From Klebsormidium nitens (lineage: Eukaryota > Plantae > Klebsormidiophyceae), in the NCBI GenBank assembly GCA_000708835.1, contig DF237433.1, positions 6,322-70,321 on the forward strand: a DNA stretch of 64,000 nt, read 5' to 3'. Under the pieces are notes generated by a model. The model ran no database searches. It was not told the DNA's origin and worked only from the letters and a program-made list of their open reading frames with translations. Position numbers and translations under genes: made by a program. Positions 1 to 11,259 of the stretch are shown here, piece by piece. Positions within the stretch are counted from its first letter, which is position 1. The number at the start of each line of letters is the position of its first letter.

Positions 1-286
1 CATCGGGTTTGTCTCGATTATCAACGTCGAGTACGAAAATATCCGAGATGGCCCCGGTCTTGATGGCAACGAAGTTATACTGTTTATCTTCGATAAATTC
101 CTTGATTCGACTTTGCGCGGCTCTCCAATCGGATGGCGACCTAATGGCCCAATCGCCTTGGGAATGCGGCATCGTCCCCTTGATGCTCTTTGATCCGTCA
201 TCCGTTACTCCGACTTTTGCGGGTATCGCATACAGCCCTTGCTGTGCATATGCCTCAAAGACGTCAGCCATCGAGCTCGTCGCCAT
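1..286 (-). CDS. Bifunctional DNA primase/polymerase (Prim-Pol) N-terminus, running off the left edge
   Basis: Manual translation from ATG at 286 gives MATSSMADVFEAYAQQGLYAIPAKV...YNFVAIKTGAISDIFVLDVDNRDKPD with no stop before base 1. This matches the Prim-Pol N-x-A-I-x-T-G-x3-I-x-V-L-D-V-D motif. It is missing from the ORF track because no stop lies in the window. Confidence 0.75.
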   Translation of the reverse strand, partial: MATSSMADVFEAYAQQGLYAIPAKVGVTDDGSKSIKGTMPHSQGDWAIRSPSDWRAAQSRIKEFIEDKQYNFVAIKTGAISDIFVLDVDNRDKPD

Positions 287-429
287 GCTTCTATCTGGTC
301 CAAGGACCGGGAAGGTCCGACGCCCTCCTATGTTTTCTACCCCAGAAAATTTTGCTCGACCTCGAACGCGACACACGTTGGGGCGTAATGCATTTACATC
401 CAACATCCACCGTTATATGTCTTTGGAAT

Positions 430-753
430 CTAGTACGATTGGATCCACGAGTTCCCAATCTGTGCTTCGTGCAGCCGATCCATCGTACGTTTGCTTAGTT
501 TGCTTCCTTTTGCAATTCGTTCGAGAGCTTTTTTCAATAGGATTTCGTCCTTGTGTACCTGATAATAACTTTTGGAGTACACTCGTTTCTTCGCCTGATG
601 TTCATCCTTGAAAATCGATGCCTCCAAGCATGCAGCACACGCACTTGACCCGTGATTATGGTTTGTCGACTCCATAGCTCGGATGCAATGATGCCTCCTG
701 ATAGTCATTGAGTAGAAAATTTCTCTCCTATAGAACGCACACAATGTGTGCAA
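430..753 (-). CDS. Small basic hypothetical protein, virus-like
   Basis: 107-aa ORF between Prim-Pol and recombinase genes on the same strand. It has a CAAC motif and a YYQVHKDEILLKKALERI segment. True start uncertain. Confidence 0.4.
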   Translation of the reverse strand: MHTLCAFYRREIFYSMTIRRHHCIRAMESTNHNHGSSACAACLEASIFKDEHQAKKRVYSKSYYQVHKDEILLKKALERIAKGSKLSKRTMDRLHEAQIGNSWIQSY

Positions 754-772
754 GGTAAGAATCCGGCCCAGC

Positions 773-1825
773 TCATTCGTATCGTCTGTTGTAGAGTTCG
801 TCTGCCGTCCTCATTGAATGACCCATGTATTGTGCCTTTGCTCTTACTTCACCGCGGGACATCAGCTTTGGACTGTGCTCGGTATGGGAGATATGTCGAA
901 GAAGAGTACAACTGAGGTTTTTGCCAAAGTGCCTCTGGCCGAGGTCGTTTAGAACTACTGTGAAATTCGATATTGGCTCATCAAGCCAAACCAGGTAATG
1001 CCTTTTGAGGATCAAGTGTTTTCTCGGGATCAGATTGAAAGAGCGGAGAATGACCATCACGAGGTCCTTCGGAATTTCAAGCCGTCTTACGCCATCCTTC
1101 TAAAGAGTCTTGTGTCTACCGATATGGAAAAAGCACCGCCTAGGATCGTCATTCAGCTCGACGACGTTAACATCACCAGGTTTTACCTCAACACGATCGT
1201 TCTTGGATTCCTTTATAAAGAAGACGCATTCGGCGTATTCATTTCTCAACGGTCCCAGCGGCATAGTGTATAGCGCCAAGATGAGATGATCCATCACGAG
1301 CTGCTTATCGTGGCGAGACAACCTTTCCTTTCGACAGAATTTTGGCACCACGCAATGAATAATCTGATCATCGAGTTCGGATCTCTTTTCCAGCAGCTCA
1401 CTCCAGGGTATCCAGTTCTCCACCTCCTTTGGCGTTTTCCTCTGCATGGATCGATCGAGCTCTTCCTCGGTTGGCTTCATTTTCTGCATATACTTCGAGT
1501 ATGCTGCTTGCGCCTCTCCGGAAGCAAGAATAGTGAACGGAGCTGCGTAATTGCTCTTTGTGAGGGACTTGAGTAGTTTGCCATCACGCGATGTAAGACT
1601 CTCTATGGTCGCTATCACCTGCTCGTGGTCATCGATCCAATCGAGATCTTGCATGATGTCGGGTCCGAAATCTCCTGCTGCGTAAACGGTCTTGAGCTGT
1701 CTAATGTACACAGACACCGTAGAATCCGACCGGTTGTGGGGAGCTCCACGCAAAACCTTTTCGGGACCTTGGGCCTTTAGCTTTCTCCACACCTTAGCCT
1801 CGAAATTGGCATCCATCATCCGCAA
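773..1825 (-). pseudogene. Tyrosine recombinase/integrase (virophage/Polinton-like-virus type) with one in-frame TAG
   Basis: ORFs 1100..1825 and 773..1060 share a frame, separated by TAG at 1100-1102 (HKTL*KDGVRRLEIPKDLV). Motifs: LILALYTMPLGPLRNEY (Arg box), HKT (Lys), CTLLRHI (HxxR box), AQYMGHS...ELY (His, Tyr). Confidence 0.8.
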
Positions 1826-1887
1826 TGAAGCGGCTTATTAATACTCATCCTCATAGATATCTTTTGTAAGATACACACCATCCCGGG

Positions 1888-2766
1888 TCACAACCTGTTG
1901 GGATTGAAGTATTTTCCGTTGTAGTGAATCTTGCTCATAAAATTCGACCAATTACTTGGAGACATCACCGTTTGCGGCTGACTGATCGAGGTTAACAAGT
2001 GATCTCGCGGTATCAATTGGAGTGTTCGATGGATATATTTGCTGAGCATCTTTGACAAAGGGATTCGATCTCCGTCTTCGAAGACGAGTTCGTATGCTCC
2101 TTTCCGTCGTGAAGTTTGTAGCAGGTAGCTGGCACCCTTGAGACCCCGTTCCCCTTTAAGCACGATTGGAAGGTCGTGCATTTTTATCCGGCGACGATGC
2201 TCGGGGTCCAGAAGCATGAACCATTCAAGGATCAGATGCCACATGACGACCTTCACTTCTTTTGAAGTCAGATCGCGTCCCAAATCTTCCAGGCTCAACT
2301 CTCTCACTTTGCGGGATAGCTTCTTTCCAAAGGCTTCGGTCTCTTTAACGGTCATCTCGGAGTCCTCGTTGCTTGTTGCCTCTTCCAATCTGCGTTGTGT
2401 AAACTCCTTGAGAGCCTTGTTCTCCTTCTTGAATGGTGCATAGTATGTTTGATAAGCATCTCCATACCCAAGCTTACGACAGATCGTGAGGAATGGGGCT
2501 AGGCGAGTTCGTCGGCTACCAGGATTGTCGTAGCGCTCTAGTACACTTGCAACGATCTTCTGGGCCCTGCTCCTTATCCACGAGGGATCCTCGGGCATCT
2601 TGTCTTCGAAACACATGTTATAGAGGAGCTGAATCCCCTTCAAATACTGCTCTGTGGAGCTCTCCGTTCGAATCCCATCAACCAAGATCCTCCTCAGACT
2701 ATCCATACTTATCCGTACCTGACTCATTGTAAGAAAATAAACTTCGAATGTCTTCACGTCTTGCAA
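1888..2766 (-). CDS. Second, divergent tyrosine-recombinase-like protein, C-terminal catalytic region truncated
   Basis: 292 aa with a layout parallel to the neighbour: STEQYLKGIQLLY, PSWI, WHLILEWFMLLDPEHRRR, IPLSKMLSKYIHRTLQLIPRDHLL, SNWSNFM. It stops at NPNRL* where the HxLR box is expected. Confidence 0.55.
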   Translation of the reverse strand: MQDVKTFEVYFLTMSQVRISMDSLRRILVDGIRTESSTEQYLKGIQLLYNMCFEDKMPEDPSWIRSRAQKIVASVLERYDNPGSRRTRLAPFLTICRKLGYGDAYQTYYAPFKKENKALKEFTQRRLEEATSNEDSEMTVKETEAFGKKLSRKVRELSLEDLGRDLTSKEVKVVMWHLILEWFMLLDPEHRRRIKMHDLPIVLKGERGLKGASYLLQTSRRKGAYELVFEDGDRIPLSKMLSKYIHRTLQLIPRDHLLTSISQPQTVMSPSNWSNFMSKIHYNGKYFNPNRL

Positions 2767-3034
2767 GAGCTTATTTCAACAAGCTCTGTCAGAATAAAGT
2801 GTCATCAAAAACTCTCTCAATCATTTATACTCTGAAAACTGCTAGCGGGGGGTCAAAAAATGTTGAGAAATCTCGAGTTTTGTCAAGACAATAACTACTT
2901 ATTTCAATGGCACATGACACTTTTTTGAGGCCTATCCGCTTGCGCTTCATCCATGCTCCAAAAAAAAATGCATCAGGGGGCAGGTTTTCTTTTTTTCTAT
3001 TCCTATCGTCATAAGTGCACTAGGCGGCCACGAT

Positions 3035-3544
3035 ATGGAATCCACAAAAAGAAGCTTTCGAGTCGTTGCTGCCTTCGATTCAAAAGGCAACGACGCGCTC
3101 GCTCTGTTGAAAGATACAAGGCTTGAGATCGATGCTACGAAGGGCCGCGTGTCTCAAGCGGGGGCGCGTGCGGGGTCCCAGCTGTTTCGAACTCAAAAAT
3201 GCCTGCAAGATAAAAAGGCTTCGCTACCACAGAGGGTGGTAGTAATGATCCAGGAGACCACAAGAGCTTCAGCAAAGAAGAAGTACGGTTACTCCGTCGA
3301 GATTGGCCCGGTCAAGAAAAGCAACCGTCCAACAGACATGCCATTCGAGGGTACCTTTCAAAGCACTCCCACGAAGATGGCAATCGAAGAAATCGAACGT
3401 ACGAAGCCTTCTACAAAAAGTTCGAAGACGAAAGCCACTCAGACTCGCAAGCCGGGAAAGAAAAACGTAACGAAGACGCCCGCTGCAAAGAAAAAAGCCG
3501 AGTCGATCGATTCCAACTCTGATTCAGGTTCAGAATCGGATTGA
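3035..3544 (+). CDS. MC1-like DNA-bending/packaging protein with Lys-rich and acidic tail
   Basis: RSFRV...DSKGN, SQAGARAG, VMIQETTRASAKKKYGY and NRPTDMPF resemble archaeal and giant-virus MC1 motifs (RNF...D..GN, RQAALKAA, IRLRE.GTKKVH.F, NRP.WMP). Recognised from memory, no search run. Confidence 0.7.
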   Translation: MESTKRSFRVVAAFDSKGNDALALLKDTRLEIDATKGRVSQAGARAGSQLFRTQKCLQDKKASLPQRVVVMIQETTRASAKKKYGYSVEIGPVKKSNRPTDMPFEGTFQSTPTKMAIEEIERTKPSTKSSKTKATQTRKPGKKNVTKTPAAKKKAESIDSNSDSGSESD

Positions 3545-5490
3545 CTGCAAAGAGCATGAAGATCATCTATCGTCCATTGAAACTACACATCCGCAACAAC
3601 TTTTCTAGTCCAGAAAGATCTGCGATGGCCCCTGACAGTTTCATGTGGTCACCAATCGACAACATGTAGTCAGTGACTGATATGTCAGGTAAAATGAGTT
3701 TGGTTAGAGGGGGGAACAACCACGTCCAAGATGCTTGATAACGGCGTCGAACGAGATTATACAGAAGTTATTTAAACTTAACAACTCCTTCTTCAATGAG
3801 AAGCTTTATCTGTTAAATCTAAAAACAATTCCATGTGGTCACCGACAGCTTCATGTGGTCACCGATCACCAACGTTATCATGCAAGCCGTAGCCCTCGTT
3901 TGGTTCAGACTCGGATTGATTGCAAAGTGCATGAAGATCATCGATTGTCCGTCGAATCTATCACATCCGAAACAATATTCGTTCAAAAACAATTTGCAAT
4001 GTCCCCTGACAATTTCATGTGGTCACCAATCTACAACATGTGGACAGTGACTGACAAGTCAGGCTAAAAAGACACTGGTCGGAGTGGAGAACAACCACGT
4101 CCAAGGTGCTCGATAACGGCGTTGAACGAGGGTTATACGAATTTTTTCAAACATAATAACTCGTTCTCCAATGAGAAGCTATATGTTTAAGATTTTGGAA
4201 CAATCTCATGTGGTCACCGATCACCGACGTCACCAAACCAGCCGTAGCCTTCATTCAGGTTCAGAGTCGGATTGATTGCGAAGCGCATGAAGATTATCGA
4301 TCGTCCGTTGAATCCACACATCCGCAACAATATTCTAGTCTAGAAACATTTTGCAATGTCCCCTGACAATTTCATGTGGTCACCAATCTACAACATGTGG
4401 TCCGACCACACTCACGGTCAGTGACTGCAATGACATGTTGAGCTAAAATTCTGGTCAGCGCGGCGAACAACCACGTCCAAGGCGCTTGATAACGGCGTCG
4501 AACGAGGATATACGGAAGTTTTTTAAACGTAAGAACTTGTTCTAAAAGCTATATGTGTTAGGTTCCGGAACAATTTCATGTGGTTACCGACAGCTTCATG
4601 TGGTCACCACATTGCCGATGTCATCAGGCAGACCAGCCGTAGCCCTCATTCAGGTTCAGACCCGTGATTGATTGCAAAGCGCATGAAGATCATTGATCGC
4701 CCGTTGAATCCACACATCCGCAACAATTTTTCTAGTCCAGAAACATTCTGTAATGGCCCCTGGCAGTTGCATGTAGTCACCCATGAACAACATGTGGTCA
4801 CCAATCAACAACAAGTGGTCATTGACATGTCCGACTGGAATTCTGGTCAGAGCAAAATTCGACCAACGTCCAAGGATCTAGAACAACTTGTGTTGTCACC
4901 GAAATCCAACGTTCATGTGGTCGAAAGCAACGTGGTTTGGCAAATCAACGTGGTTTCTCACCCTATTGTAGCATGTGTCAGGTTTCACACTTGGATTGAT
5001 TGCTAAGCACATGAAATGGATACTGACCTTGTAACAGGTCGCCTATCAGTCCTCCACAATTATGATACTTTTCTACCCCAGGACAATATAGATCATGCAA
5101 CAAAAACGATCGCCCGCTGTTCGATTTGTATACACAGATAGACGTCACAATATGCGTCATTTGTTGGATGAGGTCAAGTGTTATGACTTGGATTCAGAGC
5201 GTGTCGAAATGTGGATCGAACGAGGATTGTACATTCGATCGATTAAAAGTGCGGATCTAAGAAGGGGGGTGTTGCTGATTCTAGCACGTGCTATGGAACC
5301 GGTGTCAAAGACAACCACTCTAGGTTCTCTGACGACTTTTCTTGACGCTGCGATAAGATCTCCATATAAAGAAGTCAGATACTCGGCGCAAGACGTCAAT
5401 CTGATCTTATACACAGCGGAGCAAGTGCTTGATAACGGCGTTGAACGAGGCTATACAGAAGTTATTGAAACGTGACTCGTACTCCAATGA
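3520..5490 (+). repeat. Degenerate ~355-395 bp tandem array with many CATGTGGTCACC sub-repeats
   Basis: GCATGAAGAT at 3554, 3929, 4285, 4681. ATAACGGCGTYGAACGAG at 3738, 4113, 4489, 5432. CATGTGGTCACC-like motif occurs 10 or more times. Confidence 0.9.
5095..5475 (+). CDS. Hypothetical protein in the virus-like block
   Basis: Intronless 126-aa ORF. Its 3' end (VLDNGVERGYTEVIET) is the sequence copied in the upstream array. Confidence 0.5.
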   Translation: MQQKRSPAVRFVYTDRRHNMRHLLDEVKCYDLDSERVEMWIERGLYIRSIKSADLRRGVLLILARAMEPVSKTTTLGSLTTFLDAAIRSPYKEVRYSAQDVNLILYTAEQVLDNGVERGYTEVIET

Positions 5491-5505
5491 GAGACTATAC
5501 ATATG

Positions 5506-8500
5506 CTATCTCTCTACGATACTCTCTTTTGTTGGCGTATTGAGCTGGAATCCCCGATAACCCCGGACTGTGTGCCCCGGGTTGGCGAATCTTAGCTTGG
5601 ATGGCTTGTCCGGGCCCTCCAGCCCCTTCTTCTTGCAAGGATCCGCGAACTTCCGATCATTGTGGATCTGTGGCACGTCGCTGTCGCCGAATCTCACGCC
5701 GTCGACCAACCTGTCCGGGTTGTTATATGCGTCCATGAGACTGCGTGTGGACTCGAAAGCCTTGATGTTCATTTTGCCTTCCTCCTGAAGGAAAGCCGCG
5801 AACGGATCGTTTTCCTGCTCCCAGGAGTGCATGTACGCCTTGCTGCTCTCCGGCATGTCAAGAAGCTTCTTCCCACTTGCGTACCAGTCCTTGGCACCTT
5901 GCACCAGAAATACCAATAGCTTCTCGGGCTCTGCCTTCAAGATGTCTTCCAATGCGAGGTCCCGGATTCCATGAAATGGGTTGTCCGGGTTGTAGCCCGG
6001 TTCGTCCGGATAGAAAAAGCGCATTGGAAATACAAGCGTCAAGAGGCGTCGCTTGAGCGCTATCGTCCAGGTCTTCACTCGAGGAGGGTAGTTGGAGCAG
6101 AGAATGTGCTGCAGATGGAACATATCGTGCATAAGCTCGTGAACGCGTTCTTGACACTCATGAAGAAGGCAGTTTTATAAGGTGGTGAGTAGGTGTCAAC
6201 GTCCATGGACGGCACAGACGGCTAGGACAGCATAATTCGAAAGCCCTCGAAATCTGGTCTCGGCCCGAATATCTCCATCGAGGCCCATGGACAGCTGTGC
6301 TGTCCATCAAGACGAGGCTCCATCTACAAAATGCGCTTCATGGACGACACAGACGGCTAGGACAGCATAATTAAAAAGCCCTCGAAATCTAGTCCTGGCT
6401 CGAAGATCTGCATCGAGGCTCCTGGACAGCTGTGCTGTCCACCAAGATGAGTCTCCATCTACAAGATGCTCTTCACGGACGGCACAGACGGCTAGGACAG
6501 CATAGTTGGGAAAAGCCTCCATATCTGGTCTCGGCCCCGAAGATCTGCATTGAGCTCCCTAGAGGACAGCTGTGCTGTCCATCAAGACGAGTCTCCATCT
6601 ACCAATTGCTCTTCAAGGACGGCACAGACGGCGAGGACAGCATGGGCGGACCTTGCCGAGAATGCGAAGAGCCTTCAACAACAGAGTTGTTCTTTGAAAG
6701 TTCTCATATATTAAAGAAAGCTTTCCGAGCACGATTACATCAGCTTTCCGCAGAAAGAAGATACGGCTCCGCCAGCATCAGATACCGGTGACTTACCAGC
6801 TGAGTTGTGGCAAATGTGACGTAATCCGAGTAGAGCGCTCTACTCGTGATAAAGGCCTCTCCGATCAACCGCTTCACGTTGGCCTCTGAAAACTCATCCG
6901 TATCTTCCGTCTCCGAGCATACAGCGAAACGAATGTTTCGTAAACCTGGAAAACAAACGTGTTCAAGACCTTCCGGATATCGCACACACCAATAAGACAT
7001 TCTTAGGCACGATTCGCTGGTAATCGATCAAACATTTATCTTGAGATGAGCTTCGTACAAAAACTAGCTCTATCACTGAGCGCTTGAAACAGAACGGCAA
7101 CGAGTTGATATACAGTTGGGCATAATCTTTTTCAAGCGCAATAGCAATCGTCGTTACCGAAGCTTCGTATCCTAGCACACATATTTCTGACCGTGAGTTG
7201 CTCACCTGCTTCCGCTGGATTTGCAGCACCTTTACCGAGCGGCCGTTGCCCCTTGGACGTCACAAGCATGTCCTTCGAGACGTCCTTGTAGAACGGGCCG
7301 ATCACTCGCTTCAGCATAGCCAACAAAAGGCTCTTTCCCGCTCCGCCCTCGCCGATCATCGTCAACATGACCTGGTTGGACGTGTGCCCCGTGATGCCGT
7401 ATCCAAGAATGCGCTGGAGATAAGCAAGCGCCTCCGAAGTGTGCGTGATTTGACGAAGAAACTCTCCCGTTCTGCCCAACGGCGTAGCAAGCCCAGTCGA
7501 CGGCCACCAGACGGGGAGCTTGAAAGACCACAAAAACTGCAAGACAATACAGAAAAGAACAATAACCAAACGCAATGCAGGACTTTGCAATTCTCTCAAG
7601 CATTTGCATCAACTATGCAATCCAGATGGGTCCGTTGGTAACGTAATTATGGTCATCATACAAAAAAACGCCACATGCTATTCGAACTTGTGGCGGGGAC
7701 ATGAAAAGGAGCACATTTCAGAACGTTGGCAGTGTGCATGATTGCTGACAAAAAAGACACTATGAAATGCTTTGCTCAAGAAGAAGCGGCCCCCAAGTCA
7801 ATAAAGTCCGGCCAATTCGAGTGGAGTTTCAAACAAAGTTAACAGCAGCCTCAAATACCCACCTTCGGATGGTGTGGCACCAGGATACCGCTCTTAAGCA
7901 GTATGACTCCGTTTTGAAGAGGAAGCGCATCTCTGTTGGTATTCAACGACTCTTCAAATGCCGTCTCCAAGCAATACCCTTTCAGAGTTGTCATGATCTG
8001 GCTCATCTTGGCGTTGAAGTTGAAGTTCACGAGCTTCTCCTTCGTAGACTTTTTCTCCTCCTCCGCTTGCGAACTCTTGCCGTCGGCATCCGACGCAGCC
8101 TCCTTTTTCTTCTCCTTTTCTTTCTCCGTCTCCTTTTTATACGCCTTGCTAATCTTGTTGAGCTCTCCGCGGCAAATTTGGCTCGCAAGTCGTCCATTCA
8201 CGTCCACCCCCCAAACCGATCCGTCATAATAAAACCACTTTTCGTTGCAGAAAACGAGCTTGAAACCCGTGTACGTTTGCAAGCGGTCGATGATCAATGC
8301 CCCTCCTTCATCACCTGGAAGAAATGTCTTCGACTTGTCATTGGCAAGCAATAGATTGGCGAGTGGCAGCCTCACGTCTGTATTCACGCGCGGCGAGACA
8401 CTTTTCCTAGGAGGCGATTCGAGCACGACTAATTGCAAGTCATGCATTCGAGATTTTCGTTTCAAAAACAGTCCTTGATCTCGAAGCTCTTCAATTCTTT

Positions 8501-10784
8501 CTTGAAAGGTTAACACAAGAGACGCATATTGGCTCAGGTCTGCATTATCGCGAAAGTTCTGCTTTCAAGAGGTTGACGTTGTAAGCAAACCTCGTGCACT
8601 TGTGACTGGGGGGCACCGAGGGGCGCACTGGCGGGGTCCCTCGAATTTGACTTCGTCCGCCAAATGGCCGAAGTCATGTTTTTCCAATTGGAAGTCCGTC
8701 CAACTTGGACAAACCTCTAGATCTTTTGACTTGATAGCAACTAGTCATAATGTTGTTTGAAGCACGGCTTACCCGCCGAAACCGAGAGGTTCTGTCGCAA
8801 AAACCAGAGGGGGAGCAGTTCTCGACTCTCGTACAATCGATCGCGATCGCTGTTCAGCGGAGAAGCGTCGGAATAAGCTGCGGCCACCGGGAAGCGAAGA
8901 CGCCCGAGTTTTTTGTTTCGCTTGCTGTCGCCAGTCTTGCACCGTTGGCTGTGGCATACGTAGGTGATCTCTGTTCCTCTTCTGAGCAGACCAAAATTGT
9001 TGCTGCTGTGCGGCTGCGCCCCCTCCTCTGCATACGGACACACCCGCCCTCCCACATCATTTCGCCAGTGGTACATCACGGCCCCAAAACCGGCAGCCGT
9101 GCTCGGCTCCGCCTTCGAGAAGACAGAGGAGTTGTCGCCGAAACTGCTGAGCATGCCTCGCATTGCCTTGACCACGTCTTGCTGCAGCTCAAGATCCATT
9201 AGGTCCGGCGCCTCAAATTCCGCATTGGCTCTCGCGCTAGGCACGGGCGCACTGGAAAGCTCGGGTGGCCCTTTCGAGCGTTGCCCAGAACGCCTCGACA
9301 CCCGCTCGTTGAGAATCTCGATCAACCAATTCGGGAGAGGGGGCAAATCTTTTGCTGGGGGGAGCTCGCCTCCTCCAACGACTAAATATCGTGCCGTCTC
9401 ACCGAGTCGCTCATATGACGACGGGGGGCATGCGATCATGCCGTTTGAGCTAACACCCCTCATGTCGACTCCCACCTTCTTCAAAACCGCCTTTCTAGAT
9501 TCCGGATCTCCGACTCTCAGCTCTAGCTTTGCAAAGTGGGTCGGTGTCTCCGCGCCCAGCCCCGACTCGAGACTTCTCTGATGAGAGAAGTAGATGTGCA
9601 CTCCCCCGCTGCCCGTGCGCACCCGGGGAGCATCAAACGCGCCGTGCTCGGTTTCCCAGAATGCTAGCTGCTCCATGCCCCTGTCACCGACGTCAAAGTC
9701 GAGCACGACAATTCCGGACGCTGCCGTGTTGATCAGCAGCGTGTTGTCAGAGGGGTGGAAGTAGCGGTTGATCAGGCAATTTGCTAAGGTAGATGCCGGC
9801 CAATCTCGTGGAGGAACCATGCATTTTTTTCCCTTCTTGGAGTTCCACTTGGTGTTTGCCGTGAATACCACATAGCCTTTTGCAACCAAGTCGCGAGCCG
9901 CAATCTCCTGCACAACAAACACAGGATTGTAACCTTGTTGAAAGCCTACCGCACAAGTTCATCTGACTATGTGACCACGACCGACGACTGCTAAGCCGAA
10001 CCAAACGTACGGGTAAATCTCAAAGTGTTGTCCCAACCGTGGTCGGCGAAATCGAAATCGCGAGCTACTTTCTCAAACTGCTGTCCCAGCCGTCCAAGCC
10101 GTCCATGAAGACGAGTTCGTAGATGAGACTTCCTCTACATGGACAGCACTCCCGTCCTTGGTCGGCAAAACCGAAAAGCAAGCTGCTTTTTTAAAGTGCT
10201 GTCCCAGCCGTCCAAGCTGTCCAAGAAGACAGCTTTGTAACTGCGACTCCCTGTAGATGGACAACACTCCTGTCCGCGGACGGCCTAGTCAACATCGTCA
10301 GCTATTCCGAAGTGCTGTCCATAAAGGGGAATTGAGTGAAGAGGGACGCTCCTTCAGCTGCACTCGAGTAAGTTCAACTCACCATTGCACTTGCTCCCAT
10401 CACTCTTTCTTGGTCCGCGAGACGATGGTTCTGAGCGGAATCAACCGGCAGTGGACAATCGTCCAGCATCTCCTTGTCCGATGCCGTCTCCTCGTCGTCC
10501 GTTTCAGAAGATTCGTCGTCCGCACCTTCGCAATTATCACCGCACTCTGATGAAGCCGAGTCGGAACTGCCCGGCCCCTGCATCCAAATGGTAATATTGC
10601 TGAGGCAGCCTGTCACAAAAGGCCCAATGCTTTCCGGAGCCGAACAGGTAAACTGCAACAGGTTTTCGAGAAGGCATGCCATTACAGCAAGGTGGGTGTC
10701 GCATAAAATTTTCGCCGCGGCTGACGAATTTCCTTCCTTAAACGGGTTTAATGTGACATATGGAAGCACGGCCCTTGGGAGCAA
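5506..10784 (-). CDS. Spliced Prim-Pol + Zn-binding + D5-like SF3 helicase (viral-type primase-helicase)
   Basis: Exons ...10383, 9907-8773, 8539-7863, 7536-7206, 6945-6797, 6108-5506. GT-AG introns 9908-10382, 8540-8772, 7537-7862, 6946-7205 and 6109-6796 are all phase-compatible. Junctions rebuild motifs: SAM|EIAARDL, PHHPK|FLWSF, PAEAG|LRNIRFAVCSET, FATTQL|HILCSNYPP. Also VVLDFD, TGSGGVHIYF, GVDMRG, WFYYDGSVW, Walker A GEGGAGKS, ALKRRL. The 5' end beyond ~10650 is unresolved. Confidence 0.85.
6200..6660. repeat. ~136 bp minisatellite (3+ units) inside helicase intron 6109-6796
   Basis: GGACGGCACAGACGGCTAGGACAGCAT recurs near 6206, 6342, 6477, 6618. Each unit has the mini-palindrome GGACAGC-TGT-GCTGTCC. 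Confidence 0.9.
10030..10330. repeat. Same minisatellite family, inverted, inside intron 9908-10382
   Basis: TGCTGTCCCAGCCGTCCAAGCCGTCCATGAAGACGAG...ATGGACAGCAC is the reverse complement of the 6200-6660 unit. Confidence 0.8.
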
Positions 10785-11259
10785 CTTGACTGGAGATGGG
10801 CAGATTGTGTTTGTTTACGACAGGCCTATCCAATCGGTGGAGGTTATCAAATTGGAGGGTCCAGACCAGCGCACCTGGGCCAAGGACGATGAAGACTTCC
10901 AAGATTCTAAAGGCTTGTCGCGTGCAGAACACAGCTACCCCTGAAGCCGCTCATTAGAAGATATCTTACACATCCTCCTTAGCTTCCAAAATTGTCTGAG
11001 ACGGCGACGAATAGACACACGCAACGATGCATCCTTACGCTAGCATCCTCTGCCCCCATCACTTTGATATTGGCAGTCGAGTGTGCTCCTTCAACCCGAC
11101 TTGCCGTCTGCTCGCTCGTCGCCCCTCCCTCATTCTCTGATTCGCCACTATGCTTGCGTTTTCGGCCCCGCGCCTGGCCCGCAACTTCCTGCATCAATCG
11201 CACACATCGTCACAAATCAGATCACACCGGATGATTAGCTTTTTCAAGGCCAATGACGG

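Noticed and set aside
9-611. 200-aa plus-strand ORF
   Set aside because: It is antisense to a recognisable Prim-Pol frame and has no motifs of its own.
3520-6660. CRISPR-like appearance of regularly spaced repeats (also 56570-62740)
   Set aside because: Units are long and degenerate, the spacers are similar to each other, there are no cas genes, and the context is eukaryotic.
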